Part shown: one piece after another, positions 38,057 to 50,502 of the stretch
How positions within the stretch are numbered: position 1 is the first letter of the stretch
Layout: each line of letters opens with the position of its first letter
NCBI GenBank assembly: GCA_951406725.2
Contig: OX597830.1
Span: forward strand, 11,346,001-11,410,000
Source of the DNA: Octopus vulgaris
Lineage: Eukaryota
Length of the DNA stretch: 64,000 bases
Direction: 5' to 3'
The notes under the pieces: model-generated
What the model was told of the DNA's origin: nothing
The model's database searches: none
The model's input: the letters and a program-made list of their open reading frames with translations, nothing else
Made by a program: the position numbers and the translations under genes

Positions 38057-41000
38057 AAATAAAGAGAATTTACTGAACCAGTTGTTTCAAGAATCATTTT
38101 GAGAAGACAGTCAACAGATATCAGTATCTCAGATGACAATCCTACAACTGTTTATGGCTTAATATTTTTCTACATAAGCTGAAGTAAGATGAACCATTAG
38201 TTTGTTTTACACAAGGAAACAGTTGGGTGAAGATGATGAAACTGTAAAATATTAATAAAGGGGAAAATACACGTCAGTAAAAAAAAAAAAAATTTAATGA
38301 AACTAACTTATCTTCTGGATGAGAGTAGCTATCAATCCAGTGGGGGAGGATGTAGCCTGTTGGACCACTGTTCACGTCAAAACAAATATGATACTTGTTG
38401 GAATGGATTTCAGGACGATCTGTTATTCTAAATACAGACTTGAATCCAATTCCCTTTTGACCTAGCAAAAACAGAAAATATTCAATATGAAGTATAAAAA
38501 TAAGACATTCACAGAAAATCTTGGATGAATGTTGATTACTGTCATGGAATAAACTTGGCTAATCAATATGAAAAAACCTATGGCAAGATCCAACTGAAAA
38601 ATAAGAAAAAAATCTATAGCTTCAATACAGAAGATCTACAGATACCAAAATGCGTGGATAGTTGGTTTTCATAGGCTTAAAACTTGGATCTTTTCGGTTT
38701 GAACGGCAGTTTTTAACATAATTTCTAGGTAACTAAAAAATTTTAAACTTCGCATACTGGTAGAATGTGTTTATAAAACATCTTTTTCTCTTGGCTTTAT
38801 TGAGAAAATTCTATAGTTTGTAAGATATTTGGTCTTTAATTTCTTGCATTTCGGCAATTTCAACCAATCAATGACTGTCTATTGAGGTGAAAAACATTCT
38901 GTGCTGTATGAATATGTTCCTCGTTTAAGAAACACATTGGGTTTATTTACATTTGTGAAGAAAAAAAGATACCCTTCTTCCCACCCCTAACCCTAACTAA
39001 CCCTAAATCTAAAATAGATTGAAATGCAATAGATCGATACTAGGGTCATAATTATGGGTGACAATTTCATATGACACTGCTAGAAAAGGGACATATTCAT
39101 ACGGCACAGAATGTTTTCACCTCAATAGATGCTCATTGATAAGTATATGCATTTACCTGTATAGGTATAAGTAAGTAGGTAGAAGTATATAGAAATACAT
39201 CAACATATACACACATAAAGTCAATTGCTTAACTAGGTTGGTTTGTGAAATAATAATTATTTAGTACATGAATCAGAATTGAAATCGATCAATGGAAATT
39301 GCAGCTGAGTTACCAGTGCCAGTGGCACGTAAGAGAACCATCCGAACGTGGCCGTTGCCAGTGCCGCCCCGACTGGCCTCGTGCCGGTGGCACGTAAAAA
39401 GCACCATCCGTTCGTGGCCGTTGCCAGCCTCGCCTGGCCCCCGTGCTGGTGGCACATAAAAAGCACCATCCGATCGTGGCCGTTTGCCAGACTCGTCTGG
39501 CACGTAAAAAGCACCCACTACACTCATGGAGTGGTTGGCGTTAGGAAGGGCATCCAGCTGTAGAAACACTGCCAGATCTGACTGGCCTGGTGCAGCCTTC
39601 TGGCTTCACAGACCCCAGTTGAACCGTCCAACCCATGCTAGCATGGAAAGCGGACGCTAAATGATGATGATGACTGATATTACAATCAAATATAGTGCCA
39701 TAACACACATATGTCCAAACCCAAGTTTGAGATTTAATAAGATACTGTTTTTGTAGGACTAAATAGCTTAGGCATAGAATATAACATACTCACCAATATA
39801 ACCAAATTTGCGTTTTTCCTTGGTACTCTTGCCAACATCACAAATGGCTCGAATATTTTTTTCCTTAAAACCAACCTCATTGTTGAGAATAGTCACTGAA
39901 CTATCATCTATACCGAACTGCACTGATGGACAGGCTGACGAATCCTTAGAATCAAAGTTATCTGGGTAGGTGTTGTCATCAGCATTTTGGATCAACTCCA
40001 ACACAAAATGAGTGTCTTTACTATACAAATCTTTAGATAATCGATCCAAACTACGTCCCAGTCGTTCTTGTTGCCGATCAATCAACTTCTGACCATCAGC
40101 ATTAAGTTTAATGCCAAGACCAAATTCTTCTCGACGTATTGTTTCAATCAAAGCCTTCTCTGAGCAGATTTCTTCCTTTTCTTCCTCAGGTAAACTCTCA
40201 TCCTGTTTATTAGCATCATTTGTACCAGTTTCTTCATTTTCTTCATCAATTATAATAACATCTGTAAAAAGAATATTTTTTTCCAAAACATTAATTTGAT
40301 GCATAAAATATTGAAATATCAAGAATAAGGATAAAGATTTTATATATAATCTTAAAACTGAAAAGGGATTAATGTGAAGATAAAAATGGCTTTGTAAACT
40401 GGAGAGATAGAGATAGACTGCTTTCACTATATTTAGCTAAGTCAAGAGTTTACATATTTCAGTATGGGTGGTCATTACATTCTCTTGAGAACATGGCAAA
40501 AAGACAAGAAGGTAGCATATGTTGGAGGTATTAAATATATACTATTGCGGTAAGTATGATACACATTATCTACCACGATCAGAAATTTATTAGTTGCCAT
40601 TGATATATTTAGATCAAGTTTGTCTCTTTAATAAAAATAAAAATCAGAATCAAATTTTGGATAAATTGTGAAATGAATGATCACTGCTTAACCCTTTCAT
40701 AACTGTATTTATTTTGAGATGCTCTGTGTTTCATTCAATTAATTTTAAATATAACAAAGAATTTAATAAAATAACTTAGTTATCATTAAGCTCTAGTGTT
40801 AGGAACATAAATTTTGTTTTTCAATTTTGATTTGATTACACCCATACTACTGAACAGCCAATCAACTTTTGCATTTGAGTTTGGCAATGTCAATAGATTA
40901 ATGGCAAAATTTGCAACATCTCTAAATAGGATTTCCTCCAGTAGCATCTTTATATTCCAAGACTTACAGCCAGAATGCCTCAGTATTAGATGTATTTGTC

Positions 41001-44000
41001 CATTTAACTAAATGAATGCTATTAAACTGAATTTCAATTGAAGCAATTTTTTTTCATTTAAATGCATTGATTCTAAGACAGGTAAAATTGGCTCTTTGAA
41101 ATGCTGCAAAATATTCTCTACTGCAAAACATTTGATATTCCTATTTGATATATATATTTCTTTACTACCCACAAGGGGCTAAACACAGAGGGGACGAACA
41201 AGGACAGACAAACGGATTAAGTCGATTACATCGACCCCAGTGCGTAACTGGTACTTAATTTATCGACCCCGAAAGGATGAAAGGCAAAGTCGACCTCGGC
41301 GGAATTTGAACCCGGAATGATCACTGCTTAACCCTTTCATAACTGTATTTATTTTGAGATGCTCTGTGTTTCATTCAATTAATTTTAAACATAAAGAATT
41401 TAATAAAATAACTTAGTTATCATTAAGCTCTAGTGTTAGGAACATAAATTGTGACTAAGGTTTGCTGGAAGGTTTTAATTAAAAAATTATGAAAACAAGA
41501 CATTTGTACTACAGAGCCAGGGGCGGTTTTGGCCGGGTTGGTATCAAAAGGGTTAATACCTAATAACAACAGCAGCAGTAGCAGCAACAACAACAACACT
41601 ACCATTGCCACTGCCACCACCACTGTCATCGTCAATTTTGTAATTTATTCAAAATTCAGTTATGCTGAAGAAAATGCCAAATAAAAGCATTATTAAGGAT
41701 AATAGTTTGCACAAAACTGTCAAATGCAGAGTAAGGAGCAAAGAAAATTGTTCCCCCAAACCCAGTTTTATGTGCAGTGATGAAAATAACCTCCAGGCAT
41801 CCACACTTGAGATCATTTCTCCTCACAGAGAACTTGGTCAGCCAGTGCTGCCTCTGATAATGTACCACAGTGTTCCTGGAACTTGGTAAAGCTGTCTTGG
41901 AAACACACAATTCTGAATCCGCAATAACTATCCATCCATACTCCTCATACTTCAAGACACCTAAGAATGTCTTGATCCTGCTCTATTCATCTTAGAGATG
42001 CACTGAGTGAGCTATGGAAAAGGTAGATATGTTTCCTTTTGTGGAACAGCACAGCTTTAGGCTCCTGGATGAGCTGTGGATGAAGAAGAGTCACCCATTT
42101 GGGCTACTGTTGATTCCAATTGCCTCAAACAAAATTATTGCATTTTACAACAAGACTCAGGTGAGTCTTGCATACTTTCATCTAATCAGTTCCACTATTT
42201 GAGCTTAAGTATCAAAAGCTCAATCATTGAGCTTTTCTCAGTAGGGATAGTATGGCTTTCTCTCATTCACTGCACCTTTGAAATTGCAGTCAGTATCTAT
42301 ATCTCACACATGTCCTAATCTGCTGCTCTCTTTTGAAAATGGTTGCTCCATCTCTAATAAAATAATCAGATGGAATTCAAGGCAGTGTGGCACTGGGATG
42401 GGGGATGATATAAAGTTTGAATACATGACAACAGATGAGATTTTGCCAGCCTTATATTTAAAAAGGTCCACCAAGCACAAATAACAAATACTTAGGAAGT
42501 AAGAGAGACAGTCAACTTCATGACTATCCTTTTGCCTCTGTGCCATCCTGCAAAATAAGTTATTAAGAAAAAAATTGTTGAGTTGTATGGAGGAGATGGC
42601 AAAGGACTGTGATATAGGCATCTTGCTGTGCTTGAGAAGACCTGCTCATTACAGCAAAATTGGTATCCTAAAACCACTCAGATACAGTGTTGCCAACTTA
42701 AAATCAGAATTTTATGCTAAATTTCAGTAGAAAAAATACCCCAAAAAATGCTAAAGACTAATTATATCAAAAAGCTTAATTTTTATTTACATTTTTATTC
42801 ACTTTCTTTAATTATATTCAGCACTAAGAAATAATTTCATAAATTTCACTGATTTGATCAGTTTCAGCTGCAGTGCCTAGGTCTTGACTTCTGTATACAT
42901 TCAAGGTCCCAATCTTGTTAGTTATGAGTTTTGGAATATCGAAGATTTTGCAACATTTGCCATATCTTTTCAGGCCATATTTTATAGACAGTATTGATCT
43001 AAGCATAGGAAGATGCATTTTGTTTTTCAATTTTGATTTGATTACACCCATACTACTGAACAGCCAATCAACTTTTGCATTTGAGTTTGGCAATGTCAAT
43101 AGATTAATGGCAAAATTTGCAACATCTCTAAATAGGATTTCCTCCAGTAGCATCTTTATATTCCAAGACTTACAGCCAGAATGCCTCAGTATTAGATGTA
43201 TTTTTCCATTTAACTAAATGAATGCTATTAAACTGAATTTCAATTGAAGCAATTTTTTTTCATTTAAATGCATTGCTTCTAAGACAGGTAAAATTGGCTC
43301 TTTGAAATGCTGCAAAATATTCTCTACTGCAAAACATTTGATATTCCTATTTGATATATAGGCGTAGGTGTGGCTGTGTGGTAAGTAGCTTGCTTACGAA
43401 CCACATGGTTCAGGGTTCAGTCCCACTGCGTGGCACCTTGGGCAAGTGTCTTCTACAATAGCCTCGGGCTGACCAAAGAAGCCCGTCGTATATATTCCTC
43501 AGAATATTAATATTTCCTGGCAAACCATGCTTGAGCTCTTTATAAAGGCAGAGTAAAAATTGTTGTGCTCTTTTGCAAATATTATTTTCTTTGGTGGCTG
43601 TTACAGACTTCTTGATAATCATTTCTGCTATCTTTCTCTCGAATCTGTAGCCTAAACTTGATCCAGAATTAGGATCCAGAAATTTTTCAATAGAAGCATC
43701 TGGATCAAGAGGATCAATTCTACATGTTGACAGCACTATCATATAAGCAACAGATTTGATCAAATTTGAAAGATCCTCAAGTAATTTTGTTTTGTCAACA
43801 GTGTTTGATTCAAACAGTTTATTCACTTCCTGAACATGTTTTAAAATTGGATGCAAAAATAAAAGGTAAAGTTCACTCTTAGAATCCCAAAACATTTCAT
43901 GTAATATTTGTGCTGTAAAGCATTTTTCTTTTGTAATTGTAGTTTGGAAGTGAGTTTGCAATTCAAACCATTGGCTTAAAATTCTATTTACAGCTGATTC

Positions 44001-47000
44001 TATTGACGGCCACCTAGTTGCACAAGAATTCATGATCTGCAAAGACTCTTTATCATTGATAGCAAGGTAAAGTTGTTTGTAGGCACTTTGTCTTGTTGAA
44101 GAATGAGAGGACCATTTATAGGTTTCGGATACTAAAAATTCTAAATCTATGGGCAAGCATTCAGCACAAGTGTTGGATACTGCCAACTGTAAAGAATGAC
44201 ATACACATCTAAACAGAAGTAATGATGGAACTTCTTTTAATTTCTGGAAAATACTGTTGTTGACTCCTCTAGCATTGTTGGTTCCTATAGCCAGTAAATT
44301 TTTTATATCTAATTTCTTTTTCACTAATTCAATTTTTAAGGCATCTCCAATGCCATCTGCATCACAAGTTTCTAAAGATACCTTACTGAGATGTGTATGT
44401 ACCCCTTTTTTGAGAGTGTCACTATAATATATGATAACAATTCCTAACACCTTTTTTATCGTTATATCATTGGATTCATCTAATAACAGGCTCCCCAGTG
44501 CCGGTGGCATGTAAAAAGCACCACCCGACCGTGTCCGTTGCCAGCGCTGCCCCGACTGGCCTCCGTTCCGGTGGCACGTAAAAAGCACCATCCGATCGTG
44601 GCCATTGCCAGCCTTGCCTGGCCCCCGTACTGGTGGCATGTAAAAAGCACCATCTGTCCATGGCCGTTTGCCAGCCCTGTCTGGCACCTGTGCGGGTGGC
44701 ACGTAAAAAGCACCCACTACACTCACGGAGTGGTTGGCGTTAGGAAGGGCATCCAGCCGTAGAAACACTGCTAGATCAGACTGGGCCTGGTGCAGCCTTC
44801 TGGCTTCCCAGACCCCAGTTGAACCGCCCAACCCATGCTAGCATGGAAAGTGGACGCTAAATAATGATGATGATGATGATGATGATATATCAGAAATCAA
44901 ATCTCCATCAAAATATGGAGCTAGAACATTTCTCACGATATTTGCACATTTTATATGATGCAACTTCACTTTGGACATAATATCACTATCAGACATATAA
45001 TTCTTACATAACTCTGTTAAGTGATCACAGTTATTAAATGATGAATGGCAACAAATAAACATGGCTAAATTTGCTTATCATTATTGGTTTTAATAAAATT
45101 GGTAAGAAGAATCATTTGCTGTGGAAGGTTCTCACAACATATTTCTTATCTGACATATTTTTCTAAAAACATTGAAAATTTTAAAGAAATCTATTTCTCA
45201 TCTTAAATTTTCAGAAATTTTAAAACTTTTTATAATATAATTTTGACTATTCAGTTAAGTAAATGAAGTACTCAGAGTTACTTGATTCCCAGCAGAATTG
45301 CCAAAATATGCTTTGTGGGTCTTTAACATTTTAGCAGATGCTGCGATTATTTTTACACTCATACTTTGATAAATTAGCCATAGACATAGCAAATTACACC
45401 TGCCAGATGCTTGCAGCCTCTTGACAACATTGCTGATAAATGCAGATAGGCCTTTCACATAGGCAGCTAAAACTAAACTAAGCTGAAGATTTAGAGCTTT
45501 GGTATCTATATTACTAATTACATGAAGGGCATGTTCTAGAAAGTTCATGAAATTTTGAGAAAATTCTCAGGCACTAAATCTATATGGAAGATCTGGAAAA
45601 TGGGTAAATTTCAAAATATCATTACAACTGTACAAAATTTACAATATAAAAATATCAACAATTACACACACATATATGATATTATGGAAAAATGGAAGGC
45701 ATTAAAGAGATTAAAAAGAAATTTGTAAACTAAATAAGATTACCAGAATTTTTGTTTGGCATAATTTCAGGCAGGACATTATCCAGTTCCTCTGTACTCT
45801 GTGTTTCTAGAACCATATTCGGCATTGTTATAATATCGTCCTCGTCTGAAGATTTTATACTGTCTTCAGAATCTGATTCTATGAGCTCCTCCTAAAAAAG
45901 AAAAAAAAGTAAAACAAAACAAAACCTCGTGGGTAGTAAATATATTCCATCCACAAATATTAAGAATAAGGATAAAGATTTTATATATAATCTTAAAACT
46001 GAAAAGGGATTAATGTGAAGATAAAAATGGCTTTGTAAACTGGAGAGATAGAGATAGACTGCTTTCACTATCTTTAGCTAAGTCAAGAGTTTACATATTT
46101 CAGTATGGGTGGTCATTACATTCTCTTGAGAACATGGCAAAAAGACAAGAAGGTAGCATATGTTGGAGGTATTAAATATATACTATTGCGGTAAGTATGA
46201 TACACATTATCTACCACGATCAGAAATTTATTAGTTGCCATTGATATATTTAGATCAAGTTTGTCTCTTTAATAAAAATAAAAATCAGAATCAAATTTTG
46301 GATAAATTGTGAAATGAATGATCACTGCTTAACCCTTTCATAACTGTATTTATTTTTTTTTTGTTGTTGTTGCTTTTAAAACTCATTAATATAGCTCCAA
46401 ATATGATTGATTGATTGATTGATTCTAGTTTCAGCTTATGAGCTGTGGCCATGCTGGGGCACCCTTCACACTCAGGTGAAAATACTTTGCAATTTAAATA
46501 TCTATATAATCAGACACCATCAATGATTTATGTTTAATATGAATGGTAAAGGTATGACAAATATAACAAAGTATTCATGCTAATTAGAGTGGCAAGTGTT
46601 AAGCAGAGCTGGGCAAATTTTAACCGAATGTGCAAAGGTAACTTGGTCTATCAGGTGTCATTGCCATTCCCAGTACTATTTCTCTGATGAATGTATTTAA
46701 AAATATAAACTCAAAGCTGTTGACCGAACCCTGGATAATATATCTCAGGGACAGTGTATAATAGAGAAATTCCAAATTTGTTGAAAATAAAAAGACAATA
46801 ACTATAGAATTAAAGTTGTAAATTTGAAATGATAAAGTTTTATGTCAAAATATATTTCTGTGAGCCAGCATTGCTGAAAATAAAAGTAAATAGTTTACAA
46901 AAAAAAAATGCTATACTGTATGAAGCTTAAACCAAAAAATATCATTGTACGAGAACGTAGAAATATTTTCTTGACTCAGGTTTTATTTCTCTAAGTATTA

Positions 47001-50000
47001 TCAAAATTAATTTCTTTACAATTTTCATTTAAAAAATATTTTTACAAGGGTAACTCATAAGTTAACACTGTAAGTAGTATATAAGTTAGTATAGAAACAA
47101 AAATCCATTGAAAACTTGGAGTGTGCAGTGTAATTACTGTTTTGCCATCCTTACTAGCTCTGGTCTAAATTTCTCTCACACTTGAAAAACAAATTTACAT
47201 ACGCATACATAGGTATATAACTGACATTACAGTCGCAAGTAACTAATATCACAGACAAAGTAAGCTTCATACCAAGCCTTACTTAAACTGTATTTCAACT
47301 GACTATAAATAGACAATTACTTAAAAGTATTCTAAGTCGTTACTAGTGCAACAATTTGACTAAGTAACAACCAACTGGGCATCATGAATCTATTTTTTGT
47401 TGGTCGTAACTGTGGCTAATCAGAAAGCTCCTCAACAATTTAACTCTGGAGTCTGCAAAAGCTAATATAAAGTGTTGTTAGCTTGACTCCATTGACCCTT
47501 TCATTACTGTATTTAATTACTGTATTTAATTTGAAATGCTCTGTGTTTCTTTCAATTAATTTTAAATATAACAAAGAATTTAGTAAAATAACTTAGTTAT
47601 CATTCAGCTAGTGTTAGGAACATAAATTGTGACTAAGGTTTGGTGGAAGATTTTAATACAAAACTTATGAAAACAAGACATTTGTATTACAGAGCCAGAG
47701 GCAGTTTCAGCCGGGTTGGTATCAAAAGGGTTAAAGTTACTGCTATGGCTAGCTGATGCTATGTCCTTCAGTATCAGATAACAGCATATAAACTTCTCTG
47801 ACTTATCATACAACAAACATATACATATAGATTGTTACCATTCTTTCACACCAGCAGACAGAGTGTTTGCTGTCCTCCTCCTCCTCCTCCTCCTACTACT
47901 ACTACTACTACTACTCTTCTTCTTCTTCTTCTTCTTCTTCTTCTTCTTTTTCTTCTTCTTCTTCTTTCACACTGGCAGCGGCAATATTAAACCCATTCAT
48001 TCAATTATGTTACCCTAAATCCCGAAAATTCCATCACCTTGTGTTCTATCTTTGGCCAGCCTAGCTTTTGGCCTTTGGTTGATCTCTCTTCCTCTCTCTC
48101 TCAGTTCTGTTAACCACTTGCTTCTCCCAACACTTTACCTCTGTGAACGATTCTCCTTTACGACAGCAAATCATGGCCGATGAGGGTGGAAGATATTAAG
48201 CGACTAGAATCCTTCAATCACCTCTGTCTACAACGCATCTTTCATGTTCGATGACATCACTTTGTCTCCAACAATTCGGTGCGACACCAGTGCAAAATTA
48301 CCGACCTCTGACAAGTCATCCTAATGAGACGTCTGCATTGGCTGGGTCATGCTCTCCATCGTCAACCAGGAGAATTCATCTATGAAGCAATTGCCCCAGC
48401 TCCCCTTCAGGGTTGGTGAAAGTGATGTGGTGGACAACGAAAAACCTGGCTGATGACAGTCAAGGCTGATCTGGAACCCAACCTAGGCCCCCATATCTAC
48501 GGCATTCGCCGCTGGAATAAGGAGTGGTTGGAGATCACGCAGTTGTTAGCCTCAAATCGCCAGGTCTGGTCGGCGTTTGTGAGAGATGCAGCATTGAGGA
48601 TGAATGAAGCCAGCTCAACCCACCCCGGGTGAATGCTGTCTCAAGACAAGAAGACACACAGAGTAGAAGACAGAAGATGCTCAGATAAGCAACTTTGTTT
48701 TCCAACCTAGCACTCATCTAAAACCTCTTTTACAGCACAAATCATAATTACTTTAGTATTTCATTTCATTATCTCTCTATGTAAACACAATTTCGTCTTC
48801 CATGCTGTATGTTTAGAGAAAAATTTTAAATCCTTACCCTCAATCCAACTCTCCCTCTTTCTCCCTTCTCCCTCTCTTTCATGCTCATTTATTATTGTTA
48901 TTCATTCATTTATCTAATTTTGTTACAGTCTGACTGACCAAAAACTGTTAGCTATAGCTCCAGTTAAGAATGCAAATGCTCAATTCTATCTCATTATTAT
49001 TATTACTAGCCCAGGGTCTCACTAGTCCACACCATCCACACCCTCAGAGTTGGCACATTGAAAAGTAGGTCTGGTGAGATTGTTGAGATGCTTGAAGGGA
49101 AACGTGTAGATTTATGCTGCATCAAGGAAGTAAGGTAGAGAGAGTTAGCCTAGATGAGATGCAGTTTGGTTTTGTGCCAGGTAGAAGCACTACTGATGCA
49201 ATATTTCTGGTACAGCAACTGCAGGAGAAATACCTAGCCAAAGATAAACCTCTGTACTTAGCTTATGTTGACATGGACAAAGCCTTTGGCAGAGTCCCCC
49301 AATCTGGTGGTCAATGCGGAAACTAGGGATAGATGAGCAAAGACAACAATAAGATTCCTACTTGAGTTATTTGTTTGATATGGTGCTCCAGGTAAGTTAG
49401 CTTCAGATAATGGAACACAATCCACAGGATATGAATTAACCCTTTCGTTACTGTATTTATTTTGAGATGTTCTATGTTTCTTTCAATTACGTTTTAGTTA
49501 TCATTCAGCTAGTGTTAGGAACATAAACATGTCCAAAGTTATCATTGTACTTACTGAAGATCAGACTCACTCATTTTTTTCATTTACCCACACCATTTAA
49601 TATCTATTTAATTTGGATTTAAGAACTGCTCCTTTTCCTCTTTGTGATCAGTATTAATCATTAAACCTAATGATTTTTTTCTCTCTCCCCATTATGTTGG
49701 CTCATAATTAACATTATATTTTTCATGCAGAACACTTCTCTGTATAATTTCCCTAAGTAGTCCAAGTAATTTCTTAGGAAATTTCAACCCCCCCACCACC
49801 ACCACCACTGCAAGTCAGCTTTTTCTGCTGCAAATCCAATTCAAGTGGAAAAATATTCCAGGAACATACCTCAGATTCCTTGTCCGTTTGCTGGTCATCT
49901 TCCATTTCAGCTATAGTTTCAATTTCAGATGTTATGAAAGAACCTTTCATTTTATTTAAAGTGCCAACCCAGTCAGCAATGCCAAGTAAACACCCCAAAG

Positions 50001-50450
50001 TCTCAAGACGGTTGGTTTCCTGTATATTTTGGCAGTTCTTCCAGAGAACAAGCTTAGATTCTGTTAAGCCAAGAACTTTCCCAAGTGGCTCCAGGAACAT
50101 CTTTCAAAACAAAAGAAAACAGAATTACTAATGAACATTTATGGTTTCTTCAAAAAAAAGATTAAGACTGAATTAATATTATTCACTACAAGTTGACACA
50201 CAGAGCAGAATTACTATCATACTACAATTTCTTTTACTGTTTCAGTCATTTGACTGCGGCCATGCTGGAGCACCGCCTTTAGTCGAGCAAATCGACCCCA
50301 GGACTTATTCTTTGTAAGCCCAGTACTTATTCTATCGGTCTCTTTTGCCAAACCGCTAAGTGACGGGGACGTAAACACACCAGCATCGGTTGTCAAGCAA
50401 TGCTAGGGGGACAAACACAGACATACAAACATATACACACACATACACAC

Positions 50451-50502
<52 letters not shown>

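Noticed and set aside
38984-39010. Telomeric or interstitial telomere repeat
   Set aside because: Only about 3 imperfect CCCTAA units inside a dispersed element
39310-39520. CRISPR-like repeat-spacer pattern of GGTGGCACGTAAAAAGCACC
   Set aside because: The linkers are homologous to each other and recur in every dispersed copy; they belong to a LINE 3' UTR
41700-42680. Possible decayed coding or retroelement sequence
   Set aside because: No motif clear enough to assign a family by eye
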